This document shows, one piece after another, positions 28,960 through 38,035 of a DNA stretch of 64,000 nt. This DNA comes from an uncultured Acidobacteriota bacterium (GTDB lineage Bacteria; Acidobacteriota; Thermoanaerobaculia; Gp7-AA8), in assembly GCA_963822445.1 (NCBI GenBank), contig CAWGHO010000003.1, positions 320,001 through 384,000 on the forward strand, in the 5' to 3' direction. Positions within the stretch are counted from its first letter, which is position 1. The number at the start of each line of letters is the position of its first letter. The notes beneath the pieces are model-generated. The model saw nothing but the letters and a program-made list of their open reading frames with translations, was not told where the DNA came from and did not search any database. The translations under genes and the position numbers were made by a program.

Positions 28960-29001
28960 TGGTAGCGCATACGGGATTCGAACCCGTGTTACCGCCGTGA
29001 G
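28960..29001 (-). repeat. att site: 3' fragment of tRNA-Glu (proximal copy)
   Basis: 42-bp identity to 31338-31379, ending in the anticodon loop. Confidence 0.93.
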
Positions 29002-29148
29002 CGGGGCAGCAGAAGAGAGCTACATCTCTCTGATTCCACGTACTTAGCGCAGTGTGATCGATTTCGTGCGTCCACGGAGATACGCCGTTTTAGGCGCCCG
29101 GGTGGCCAAGTATGGAAGTGGTTTTGAGAGTGGCGAAATCGCCGCTTT

Positions 29149-29787
29149 TCAGAGGAGAGATGGCGATGATTCGACTTTTGTTGGTGATGGCGGTGAGTTG
29201 GTTTGTTCGGCTTCACTCGCTGCCTCGAAGAGGTCAATTGCGAGACTGCTCGTTCGGTACGTAATGCGGCCGAGGACGAAGGGCTCGACGCTCGCCGCCC
29301 GGAGTTTCCAGTCGCGACGTAGGTAGACGAAGAGCCGGTGCGTGAGCAGCTCGTGCACGATGAGGTCCGTTCGAAGCACGAAGTTGCGCGGAGTCGCCTG
29401 TGACGGTGGAACGAGGGCCGCCGTCACGTAGAGATGTGCGACGCCTGCTCCCGAATGCCCGGCACCTGGCTCGATGACGATCTCGACGTCACCCACTTCG
29501 GTGCACCACACCGTGCCGTCCCGATTGGAAGCGGTCAGGTGATCGGCGACGTAACGTGCGATGTCGCGCCGCAGGCCGGCGGAGAGCGCTTCGCTGGTGC
29601 GAGGCACCGGTTTGCCGAAGCCGATCTCGAACTGCGCGGCAGGGAGACGCAGCTCCGCCTCGACGTGCCCGCGACCGACGTCGAGAAAGATCGTGCTGTC
29701 GGGGAGAGGATGGCTGAATACCTCGGGCGCTGCGAACAGCATCGAAGCAATCAGCAGCATGGCAGACCCCAGACGCATCGCCTTCAC
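29149..29787 (-). CDS. HupE/UreJ-like protein N-terminal domain, probably truncated
   Basis: Signal peptide, then HPLPDSTIFLDV...ELRLP...DLIVHELLTHR...LRRDW. The C-terminal membrane domain is absent and the ORF ends at the island arm. Confidence 0.55.
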   Translation of the reverse strand: MKAMRLGSAMLLIASMLFAAPEVFSHPLPDSTIFLDVGRGHVEAELRLPAAQFEIGFGKPVPRTSEALSAGLRRDIARYVADHLTASNRDGTVWCTEVGDVEIVIEPGAGHSGAGVAHLYVTAALVPPSQATPRNFVLRTDLIVHELLTHRLFVYLRRDWKLRAASVEPFVLGRITYRTSSLAIDLFEAASEAEQTNSPPSPTKVESSPSLL

Positions 29788-31232
29788 TCTGAGTGCCGGA
29801 CCGTGCGGCGTCGCCCGGCCGGTTCGTCGTCGTGGATCGTCAGCATGGTCGAAGCCGGACTGCCGAGCGCCGCGCCACCGGCAGCACTGCTCAGCGTGAA
29901 GACGACGGTCTCCGGGCCTTCAACCAACTGGTCGTCGAGGATCGGAATCTGAAAGCTCTTGCTGCCGCTCTCACCATCGGCCCAGGTCAGCACACCGCTC
30001 ACTGATTCGAGATCACTCCCTGCGGTTGCCGTCCCTCCGGCCACTGCGTATGCGACGCTCACCGCTCCGGTCGTGCCGCCGATGCGCTGAATCTGAATCG
30101 TCGCGACGCCGGCACTCTCGGCGACCTCGTAGCTCGTCTCCGCGAACGTGATCGTTCCAGGCTCGAGCACGAGCGTGCCGTCACCTCCGTAGTCGAGGGT
30201 CTGATCGCGCCAGATCGCGTGATAGTGAACCTGGTCGGGGATCGCCGCGGGGCCCTGCACGACGATCTCCATCCACGCACGGGGCCCGTCGATGCGGATG
30301 TACGAGCCTTGCGTCGCGAGAGTGGCGTTGCTTCCCGCCCAGCCGATATATGTGTTCTCGAGTGCGCTACTGCTCGTGTAAGCGGCGAGAAAATCCGAAG
30401 CGACGCCGCTCGGCGTGTCATTCACCCAGGCCTCCATCGCGTCGACGACGAGTGCCTGCTGCGTCGCCGACAGTGTCGAGACCTTCAGGCCGGATGGCGT
30501 CGGGAAAAGATTGTCGTCGCCTGGACCGAGCAGAACGTCGCCGAATGTACCGCTGAGCTTCGCCGCGGCGCGCTGCGTCGCATCGAGGCCGGCGATCATC
30601 GCGACCATCACGTCCACCTTCGGTTTGAGCGGCTCGTAGCTCTGACCGTTGAGCGTGAATCTCTGCGGATTCATGCCGGTGAAGTACGGCGTCGGGCTCT
30701 CGACGGAGCCGTGATAGTAGAAATTGAGCGCGTAGTGGTGTCCGCCGAGCTGGAGGATCCACTCCCCGGTCGACGAGGGCGTGCCGATGAAGGCGATGAA
30801 GTAGATCCCGCTGTTGTACGTGGAGCTCTGGCCGAGGGAGCCTAAAAAGTCGTCGGCCATACGGATGCCGTGGAAAGTGCCGTAGCCCGCACTGGAGAGC
30901 GCCGCCTGGGCGACGGCGAGCGCGGCCTCGAGCTGCGTCGCAGACAACGTGCTGAATCGCAGACCGTTGTTGCAGGCAGCAGCGCATGGAAGGTTCGACC
31001 ATTTGCTCGATGCCGTGGCGCGGTTGAAGGCGTATTGAACGCCGTTCCTCTGTGTCGCCGAGAGTGTCGCGAGGAAACTCTCGGCAGCGCTGCAGACCGC
31101 TTTGGCCGGAGCGCTGCTGCCCGCGGTGCAGTTGCTCGTCTGTGCGGTAACCGTCGTGGCGCTCAGCAGGAGCGCGAGTGCAAAAGTGCATGCGATCAAG
31201 ACCTTCGATGGCTGATTCGGCATGGTCGCCAT
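29784..31232 (-). CDS. secreted DUF3500 protein with C-terminal Calx-beta domain
   Basis: Signal peptide; FLATLSATQR, WSNLP, FIGTPS..GEWILQLGGHHYALN, YIRIDGPRAWME, HYHAIWRD...DYG; Calx-beta TATAGSD...GVLTWADGE...ILDD..VEGPET. Confidence 0.8.
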   Translation of the reverse strand: MATMPNQPSKVLIACTFALALLLSATTVTAQTSNCTAGSSAPAKAVCSAAESFLATLSATQRNGVQYAFNRATASSKWSNLPCAAACNNGLRFSTLSATQLEAALAVAQAALSSAGYGTFHGIRMADDFLGSLGQSSTYNSGIYFIAFIGTPSSTGEWILQLGGHHYALNFYYHGSVESPTPYFTGMNPQRFTLNGQSYEPLKPKVDVMVAMIAGLDATQRAAAKLSGTFGDVLLGPGDDNLFPTPSGLKVSTLSATQQALVVDAMEAWVNDTPSGVASDFLAAYTSSSALENTYIGWAGSNATLATQGSYIRIDGPRAWMEIVVQGPAAIPDQVHYHAIWRDQTLDYGGDGTLVLEPGTITFAETSYEVAESAGVATIQIQRIGGTTGAVSVAYAVAGGTATAGSDLESVSGVLTWADGESGSKSFQIPILDDQLVEGPETVVFTLSSAAGGAALGSPASTMLTIHDDEPAGRRRTVRHSE

Positions 31233-31337
31233 TCTGGTCGTTCAAGAGGCGTTTCGCGGCAACCGACCTGCGACAATCCAGGAAATCGAGGCGATTCACC
31301 GCATCGTCGCGGCGGACGTGGAGCGGGGGGAAGGGTT

Positions 31338-31413
31338 TGGTAGCGCATACGGGATTCGAACCCGTGTTACCGCCGTGAGAGGGCGGCGTCCTGGACCCCT
31401 AGACGAATGCGCC
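31338..31413 (-). tRNA. tRNA-Glu (anticodon CTC)
   Basis: Reverse complement GGCGCATTCGTCTAGGGGTCCAGGACGCCGCCCTCTCACGGCGGTAACACGGGTTCGAATCCCGTATGCGCTACCA: 76 nt, cloverleaf, encoded CCA. Confidence 0.97.
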
Positions 31414-31457
31414 GGATCGGGTGGGACGCGGAGAGTAGCCGGGGCTTCTTCCGCGTG

Positions 31458-32339
31458 TCAAGCCGGTCTAACTCCTGCCGCCCCAGCCACATTCCCGCGT
31501 TTCAGCACCTCTTCCGCCGGCGTCGGGGTTACGCCGAACTCCCGAGCGAGATCGCTCATCTCGATCACCACGTCCTGCTGCTCCAGGCTGGCCGCGAGGT
31601 TGCCGATCAGCTGATCGATCGGCGGCGGGAGGGTGGGGATGGGCGAGCCGGGCGGGATCGATTCGGTTTCGATCGGCCGGCCGGCGATCGCGCTCGCTTT
31701 CGCGACGATGTCCGTCCACGAAAGCGCTTCCGGGCCGCCGAGGACGAGGCGGCGATTCATCGCGGCGGGATTGCCGACGGAAGCGACGGCGAACGCGGCG
31801 ACATCCTGCACGGCGATGAACGAGTGGCGGCGTTTCCCGCCCCCGACGAGCGGCACTGGTCTGCCCGCGGCGAGCGCGCTGCCGATGATCATCGGGAACC
31901 AGACGTCCATGAACACGTGCGGCGCGACGATGGTCCAGTTCATCCCGCTTTCGCGCAGATGACGTTCCGCGCGTGCCTTCGCGGCGAACAGCGGAACGGG
32001 ACTCGCTTCATCAACCGCAGCAGCGGACACGAAAATGAACTGACGCACGCCGGCTTTCTTCGCCGCGTCGATCAGGGCCGCGTTTCCTTCGAGGTCGACG
32101 GTGGCGACGTTGTCCTCGCCGCCGCGCTGCGCGGAATTCGCGGTGGTGATCACGGTCGTGACTCCCGCGCACGCCGCGTCGAGCGACGCCGGATCCTTGA
32201 GATCCCCCCGAACGGCCTCGGCGTCGGCGAAGTCCGTCGAGCCACTGCGCACCAACACCCTGACCGGAGCGCCTTTGTCGAGGAGCATCTTCGTGATCGC
32301 ACCACCGAGTAATCCCGTTGAGCCAGCGACGAGGTTCAT
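31458..32339 (-). CDS. NmrA/atypical SDR NAD(P)-binding oxidoreductase
   Basis: LVAGSTGLLG Rossmann motif; VRGDLKDPASL; VDLEGNAALIDAAKKAGV; AKARAERHL. Confidence 0.85.
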   Translation of the reverse strand: MNLVAGSTGLLGGAITKMLLDKGAPVRVLVRSGSTDFADAEAVRGDLKDPASLDAACAGVTTVITTANSAQRGGEDNVATVDLEGNAALIDAAKKAGVRQFIFVSAAAVDEASPVPLFAAKARAERHLRESGMNWTIVAPHVFMDVWFPMIIGSALAAGRPVPLVGGGKRRHSFIAVQDVAAFAVASVGNPAAMNRRLVLGGPEALSWTDIVAKASAIAGRPIETESIPPGSPIPTLPPPIDQLIGNLAASLEQQDVVIEMSDLAREFGVTPTPAEEVLKRGNVAGAAGVRPA

Positions 32340-32347
32340 CTTTTCTC

Positions 32348-34207
32348 CTATCGGTCCAATCCGGCGGCGGACATCAACTCGCGGAAACGGGGGTCATCGC
32401 GGATTCCATCGAATCGCGGCTCGATCGCACTCTGCCAGAGCCATCCGGTGCGATCCTCGAGCGCCCGCGCGAGCCATTCCAGGGCCAGGTCGATCTCTCC
32501 CAGTCCGAGGTGAACGAGCATGACGTTGTACGGCGAGACATAGCGCTCGCGCGAGCGTTCGTCCAGCTCGCGGAGAACGGCTCGCGCGGCTTCCTGCTGG
32601 CCGCTCACTCCGTAACAGTGGCCGAGCGCGCCGAGGAACAGACCGCCGCGGTTGGCGATCTCCGCGGAGCGGTTGAAGTTGCGAAGGGCCCTGTCGTAGT
32701 CCTCGAGCTGTTCGTACGTGAGACCGATGTAGTAGTGCGCCGGCGCGAACGAGGCCTCGCTGTCCAGAACCTGCGTGTAGAGGCGCAATGCGGCCGTGTA
32801 CTCGCGGTGCCAGTGATGGGCGAGGCCGATGGCGGTGTGGATGATCGGCGAAAGCGGGTCGAGCTCGTGGGCCAGCGTGACGTGGCGCAGTGATTCCTCG
32901 TAGGACTTCGGCGCCGCGATGATGCCGTACCAGTGCGGCGCCCAGGGGTAAGCGGGATTCAGCTCCATCGCCAGACGCAGCTCGCGCTGTGCGGCCGGCC
33001 AATCCCATTCGAAGATGCCCGAGAGATATCCGAGAGATGCATGCGGCTCCGCCCGCGCGGGATCGATCTCGATCGCGCGCAAGGCCGCGGCCTTCGCCTT
33101 GGGCATCACATCGCGCGGCGAGATGACTTGAAGAAAGCCGAGCATGATGTACGCGTCGGCGAGGCCGGCGTACGAGTTCGCGTGCAGCGGATCGATCTCG
33201 ACGGCCTCGTGAAAGAGCCCGATGGCTTCGCGGATCGCCTCGGGATGACGCTTGTTCCATTGGGCGCGGCCTCGAAGGTAGAGCTTTTCCGCGGCGGGAT
33301 CGACAGCTGGAGCTTTCTTGCGACGCTTTCGCGGGATGGACGCCGTCACCCGCTTCGTCGGAGCGGACCGCCCCTCGGCAACCGAAGACAACGCTTCATG
33401 CATCGCCGAGGCATCGGGGAAGCGTCTTGCGACCGGCTTCGCGAGTGCGCGGAGAATGATCGGCTCGAGAGCGATCAGGTCCGCGGTGTCGAGCGGATCG
33501 GGATCGGTCATGAGGATGGCGTTGATCGTCGCCGCGGCCGTGCGCCGGTCGAAGGGGCGCCTGCCGGTGGCGATCTCGTAGAGGACGATGCCGAGGCTGA
33601 AGATGTCGCTGCGGCCGTCGAGAGGCTCGCCGAGGAGTTGCTCCGGGGACATGTACGGCGTTGTGCCCGACACGACGTCCGCGCGCGAGATCACGATCTC
33701 TGTCGCGTCGTCGGGCGCGCGCATGAAGGATTTCGCCAGTCCGAAGTCGAGCACTTTCACGACACCCGAGGAGCTGAGCATGATGTTGCCCGGCTTGATG
33801 TCGCGATGGACGATTCCGCGCTTGTGAGCCTCGCTGAGCGCCGCGGTGATCTGCCGGCCGATGTCGACTGCTTCGGCGAGTGAGAGCCGGCCGCGGCGCA
33901 TGCGCTGGGCGAGCGTTTCCCCCTGGACGTACTGCATGACGATGTAGGGCTGCGCGTTCTCTTCGCCGATCTCGTAAATCGTGCAGACGTTCGGGTGCTC
34001 GATCGTGGCGATGAGGCGGGCCTCGCGAAGCATGCGCTGTTGCGCTTCCGCGTCCGCGCTCGTGGTCGCCGGCAGGATCTTGATGGCGACGCTGCGGCTC
34101 AGGCGCGTGTCGGTGGCGAGGTAGACCTCGCCCATGCCGCCTGCGCCGAGAGGGGAAACGATCTGGTAGTGCCCGAGCGAGACCGGGGCGGAGAGACGTT
34201 CGGACAT
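32348..34207 (-). CDS. Ser/Thr protein kinase with TPR repeats
   Basis: LGAGGMGEVY, VAIK, HRDIKPGN, DFGLA, YMSPEQ, DIFSLG; TPR-rich C-terminal half. Confidence 0.93.
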   Translation of the reverse strand: MSERLSAPVSLGHYQIVSPLGAGGMGEVYLATDTRLSRSVAIKILPATTSADAEAQQRMLREARLIATIEHPNVCTIYEIGEENAQPYIVMQYVQGETLAQRMRRGRLSLAEAVDIGRQITAALSEAHKRGIVHRDIKPGNIMLSSSGVVKVLDFGLAKSFMRAPDDATEIVISRADVVSGTTPYMSPEQLLGEPLDGRSDIFSLGIVLYEIATGRRPFDRRTAAATINAILMTDPDPLDTADLIALEPIILRALAKPVARRFPDASAMHEALSSVAEGRSAPTKRVTASIPRKRRKKAPAVDPAAEKLYLRGRAQWNKRHPEAIREAIGLFHEAVEIDPLHANSYAGLADAYIMLGFLQVISPRDVMPKAKAAALRAIEIDPARAEPHASLGYLSGIFEWDWPAAQRELRLAMELNPAYPWAPHWYGIIAAPKSYEESLRHVTLAHELDPLSPIIHTAIGLAHHWHREYTAALRLYTQVLDSEASFAPAHYYIGLTYEQLEDYDRALRNFNRSAEIANRGGLFLGALGHCYGVSGQQEAARAVLRELDERSRERYVSPYNVMLVHLGLGEIDLALEWLARALEDRTGWLWQSAIEPRFDGIRDDPRFRELMSAAGLDR

Positions 34208-34229
34208 GCGCGCTGCGGCATCTTAGCGC

Positions 34230-34298
34230 TGGTGTGGTGCAGGCCTCCGGCCTGCCTTGGACAGAACCGAAGGCAGGCCGGAGGCCTGCACTACACCA
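34230..34298. repeat. REP-like palindromic element (intergenic copy)
   Basis: TGGTGTGGTGCAGGCCTCCGGCCTGCCTT...AAGGCAGGCCGGAGGCCTGCACTACACCA hairpin; related copy at 40375. Confidence 0.8.
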
Positions 34299-34304
34299 AA
34301 ATCC

Positions 34305-37300
34305 CTACCGCACCGACCGGCGTTTGCCGGTCTCGCCCGGCTCCGACACGGTGATGGTGCGCACCATCTGATCCGAACCGGCGGTGTTGGTCACGGTGAG
34401 CGTCACCGTGAACGTGCCGGTCGTCGCGTAGGTGTGAGTGGGGTTCTGCAGCGTCGAGGAAGCGCCGTCGCCGAAATCCCAGTGCCAGGACGTCGGCACG
34501 CCGGCCGACCTGTCGCGGAACTGCACCGGCAGGCCGCGGGCGGGGAAGCCGGGCGCGAAGTCGAAGACCGCGTCCGGAGTCACGACCACGGCCAGGCACA
34601 CGCCGGGAACCTTCACGTTGGTGATGGCGATGTCGTCGAGATAGAAGCCGTCGTACTCGAGTCCCGGATCGCTGGTGAAACGCCAGCGGATGCGAACCGG
34701 TTTGCCCGCGTGCGCCGCGAGCGAGGACTTGTACTGCGTCCATTCGGTCGTGTTCGCGTTTCCGTCCGGACCGGTGAACGCGGGAGTGGTCTTCAGATCG
34801 CCGCAGGCATTCGCCGGTGGCTGGCTGCCGCTCGTCCCCTGCGTGTCGGCCAGCGTGCCGGGATATCCGCTCGCCGGCGGCAGCGCGGACCAGGTCAGGC
34901 CGTTGTCCGTCGAGAGCTCGACGATGACGCCGTCCCACTCCCACTCCAGGTTGAAGCGCGCGTAGTACGAAAGCTCGGCGTTCGCGTCGAGCACGATCTC
35001 CGGCGTCACCAGCGACGCGCAGGTGTTGCGCGCGTAGATGTCGCGGTCCGGAGCGTTGTGATACGAGTGCGTTCCGGTTCGCCCCTGCACGGAGCTGATC
35101 TGCCACGGAGCCTCGGGCGTCAGAAACGCGCCGGTATCGCCGGCCGTGTCGGTCCAGGTGCCGACCGCGCCCGGAGCGCCGAACGCCGTCGCGAAGAGCC
35201 GCGTGTCGTTGGTCTCCTGGTTGCCGCGATTCGGTCCGGTCGATCCGTTCGTCGAGTCTTCGGCGCGGACGACGTAGTAGTACGTCGTGCCGGAGTTCAC
35301 GTTGATGTCGCTGAACGACGTGGCGGTCGTCGTCGCGTACGGCGTGCCGCTCGGAACGAACTCGGGCGACGTGGAACGGTAGATGTTGTAGCGAAGCGCT
35401 GCGCCGAGGGGGCAGTTCGACTGACCGGCGGCCCAGGACAGATTGATGCGGCAGGCCGTGCCGTCGGCGAGTGCGGTCGCCAGACCAGTGAAGTTCGGGG
35501 CGAGGTCGCACAGACCGGCGGCAATGATCGACACAGCGTTGGAAGCGGGACCTTCACCGCAGTCGTCCGCGCCGCGGATGATGTACGAGTAGATGTAGCC
35601 ACCCTGCGCGAAGCGGTCGGTGAAGGTGGAACCGGTGGCCGTGCCGATGTAGCGGAAGTCAGCGGGATTCGGATTCGTGCCGGTGGCGCGATAGACCTGC
35701 GTCCGCGTCGAAGAGCTGGCCGCGGTCCAGGAGAGGTCGACGCCGCGCGTCGGGTTCGTACCCGCCCGCAGACTCGCGGGCGCGGCGGAGATCGAGGTCG
35801 AACAGGTTGCCGCAGAGACCGCGAGTGCGAATCCCTGACGGTTCGTCGCGCTGCGGCCGTTGCCGGGGACGCTCGCTCCGCGAACGGTGATCGTGTACGT
35901 GCCGCCGACAGGCGCCGCGAAGCGGACCTGTTCGACGTTGTTGAGCCGGTCCGCGAAGCCGCCGGTGATCGAGTCGGAGGTCGCGTTGAAGACGTTGCCC
36001 ATGAACGTGCCGGCGCCGTTGGTCACGGTGAGATCGAGATCATTCACCAGCGCCTTCGCCGCCCCCGGCGTCCCCTCGGGATCAGTCCAGACCAGCGTCG
36101 CCCGGAACTCCTGACCGGCGGCCACGCTGACGGTGAAGCTCTGGCTCTCACCGGTCAGCAGGCCCTGCGCGTTCGGCAGGTCCCACACGCGAAGCTTTCG
36201 CGCGTCGCCGGGGAAATAGATGTTGTTGTCGAGGTGGATCTTCCCCCAGCCGAAGCGCGGATTGCCGAACTGCTCGTTGGTGGGAAGGGCCAGCGTGCCG
36301 TTGAGGAGCGTCGCTTTGACCAGCGGTGCCGAGGGGTTGAGGCGATCGTTCGTGGTGCGGGTTCCGCTCGGGTAGAAGCCGTCCGCGAAATACTGGCGGA
36401 CCAGCACCGCGCCGCCGGCGACCGTCGGAGCGGCCATCGACGTTCCCTGTTTCGTCGACGTGCCGCAGTTGTTGCTGTCGTGCACGCCGTCGCCGCCCGC
36501 GGAGATGATGCCCGCGCCCGGGGCGACGATGTCCGGCTTGATGCGGCCATCGACTGTCGGGCCGCGGCTGGAGAAGACGGCCAGGAGCATGCTCAGGCCC
36601 GTGTTCACCGCGCCGACGGTGATGAGGTTCTTCGCATTGGACGGTGAGCCGGTGCTCGTGATCGCCGGTCCGTCGTTGCCCGCGGAGAAGATGATGGTCA
36701 TCTCGTCGTGGTCGAAGAGGAACTGGTCGACGATCTGCTCGTACGCGGTGTACGCGCCCTTGCTCGGCGATCCGTACGAGTTGCTGTGAACGCGTGCGCC
36801 GCCGCGGAGGGCCTGCAGGAACAGGTCGTAGGGATTGCCGCCGCCGCCCAGGTTGCCGTCGGACGCGCCGATGTCCTGGAAGAGGATCTGGGCGTTGGGG
36901 GCCATGCCGTCGCCGCGATCGACTCCGCCGCTGGTCGGGGATGAAGGATTGACGAAGTCGTCGCCGGCGGCCGTTCCGGCGGTGTGCGTGCCGTGGAAGC
37001 TGTTCGCGTCGTAGGCGTCGGCACCTTCCTGCACCCAGTAGCCGATGACTTTGTTCGTCGGGAAGAGCGGTCCCGGCTGATCGGTGGTCGCGCTGGCCGC
37101 GTCGGTCACGGCGTTCACGCCGTTCAGGACGCGGAAGAAGCACATGTCGGAGTCGAGACCCGAGTCGGCGACGGCGACGATCTGCCCAGTGCCGGTGATG
37201 CCTTTGGCGAAGAGGGTCCGTCCGGCATCGCCGTCCTTGTTGCCCTGAATCGCCGCGGAGGAGTTGCCGTTGTGCAGCTCCATGCCGTCATCAGGCTCGA

Positions 37301-37940
37301 TCCAGGCGATGCCTTCGATGTCCGCGGCCTTGCGGATGAAGTAATCCGCTGTACCGGCCGGAATCTGCAGCTCGATGAAGTGTCCGTGTGCGCCGTCGAC
37401 GGTCTTCGTCACGGCGAGGTCGGGATTCGCGCGCTTCAGCAGCTCGATGGTCTTGCCCACCGACATGTCCTCGAAGGGGAGGACGCGGAGGGCGAGGATC
37501 TCCTCGCTGTGCGAGGGCCAGAGGCGGGGATGAACTTTGAAGCCGGGCTCGTAATCGCCGACCCAGCGGACCGCCGCATGCGACGCGACGGTTTTCCTGG
37601 CGGACGGCGCGACGCGCGCGACGTAGGTGTTCTCCGGCAGATAGCGCAGGAACTTCACGCCGAGACGCTCGAGGTCTTCTTTGTTGGCGCCGGCGCGAAG
37701 CTGGACGATCGAGTACTCGATGCCTGCTCGCGGGCGGCCGAAGCCGACCTGCTGAAAGTCGGGACGCTCGGCCAGCGGATCGAAGATGGCCGAGCTGAGG
37801 AAGATCTGGTTTCCTTCCCGGGCCTTGCCGACTTCGGTTGCGGTGATGTCCCGCGGCGCGACTTTGCGCGGAGCGGCGGTACCGGCGAACAGGGAAACGG
37901 TGAAGAACAGCGCGATCAGCACTCGAGCAGTTGATTTCAT
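34305..37940 (-). CDS. secreted S8 subtilisin-like protease (KP-43-like) with PPC, FN3-like and PKD domains
   Basis: Catalytic triad VADSGLD, HGTHTAG, GTSMAAP; SAGNDG; DLDL...NNVEQV; PKD WHWDFGDG. Start taken at MKSTARV. Confidence 0.9.
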   Translation of the reverse strand: MKSTARVLIALFFTVSLFAGTAAPRKVAPRDITATEVGKAREGNQIFLSSAIFDPLAERPDFQQVGFGRPRAGIEYSIVQLRAGANKEDLERLGVKFLRYLPENTYVARVAPSARKTVASHAAVRWVGDYEPGFKVHPRLWPSHSEEILALRVLPFEDMSVGKTIELLKRANPDLAVTKTVDGAHGHFIELQIPAGTADYFIRKAADIEGIAWIEPDDGMELHNGNSSAAIQGNKDGDAGRTLFAKGITGTGQIVAVADSGLDSDMCFFRVLNGVNAVTDAASATTDQPGPLFPTNKVIGYWVQEGADAYDANSFHGTHTAGTAAGDDFVNPSSPTSGGVDRGDGMAPNAQILFQDIGASDGNLGGGGNPYDLFLQALRGGARVHSNSYGSPSKGAYTAYEQIVDQFLFDHDEMTIIFSAGNDGPAITSTGSPSNAKNLITVGAVNTGLSMLLAVFSSRGPTVDGRIKPDIVAPGAGIISAGGDGVHDSNNCGTSTKQGTSMAAPTVAGGAVLVRQYFADGFYPSGTRTTNDRLNPSAPLVKATLLNGTLALPTNEQFGNPRFGWGKIHLDNNIYFPGDARKLRVWDLPNAQGLLTGESQSFTVSVAAGQEFRATLVWTDPEGTPGAAKALVNDLDLTVTNGAGTFMGNVFNATSDSITGGFADRLNNVEQVRFAAPVGGTYTITVRGASVPGNGRSATNRQGFALAVSAATCSTSISAAPASLRAGTNPTRGVDLSWTAASSSTRTQVYRATGTNPNPADFRYIGTATGSTFTDRFAQGGYIYSYIIRGADDCGEGPASNAVSIIAAGLCDLAPNFTGLATALADGTACRINLSWAAGQSNCPLGAALRYNIYRSTSPEFVPSGTPYATTTATSFSDINVNSGTTYYYVVRAEDSTNGSTGPNRGNQETNDTRLFATAFGAPGAVGTWTDTAGDTGAFLTPEAPWQISSVQGRTGTHSYHNAPDRDIYARNTCASLVTPEIVLDANAELSYYARFNLEWEWDGVIVELSTDNGLTWSALPPASGYPGTLADTQGTSGSQPPANACGDLKTTPAFTGPDGNANTTEWTQYKSSLAAHAGKPVRIRWRFTSDPGLEYDGFYLDDIAITNVKVPGVCLAVVVTPDAVFDFAPGFPARGLPVQFRDRSAGVPTSWHWDFGDGASSTLQNPTHTYATTGTFTVTLTVTNTAGSDQMVRTITVSEPGETGKRRSVR

Positions 37941-38035
37941 GGCCACCATTGATGTTCTCGGACGATAAGAGAGCAAAGAAGGTAAGCCAAGGTGCGCATT
38001 CCCGCGAGGGGAAAGTGTTATTGGGCGCTCCGAGC

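Larger units (their letters stand above)
28960..31337. mobile_element. genomic island 1 at tRNA-Glu (about 2.4 kb remnant); no integrase
   Basis: Lies between the intact tRNA and its 3' duplication. The att-adjacent arm is homologous to that of island 2. Confidence 0.75.

Noticed and set aside
15098-29001. Additional tRNA genes at 15098 and 28960
   Set aside because: Only 3' halves are present, with no D-arm or 5' acceptor strand; they are att duplications.
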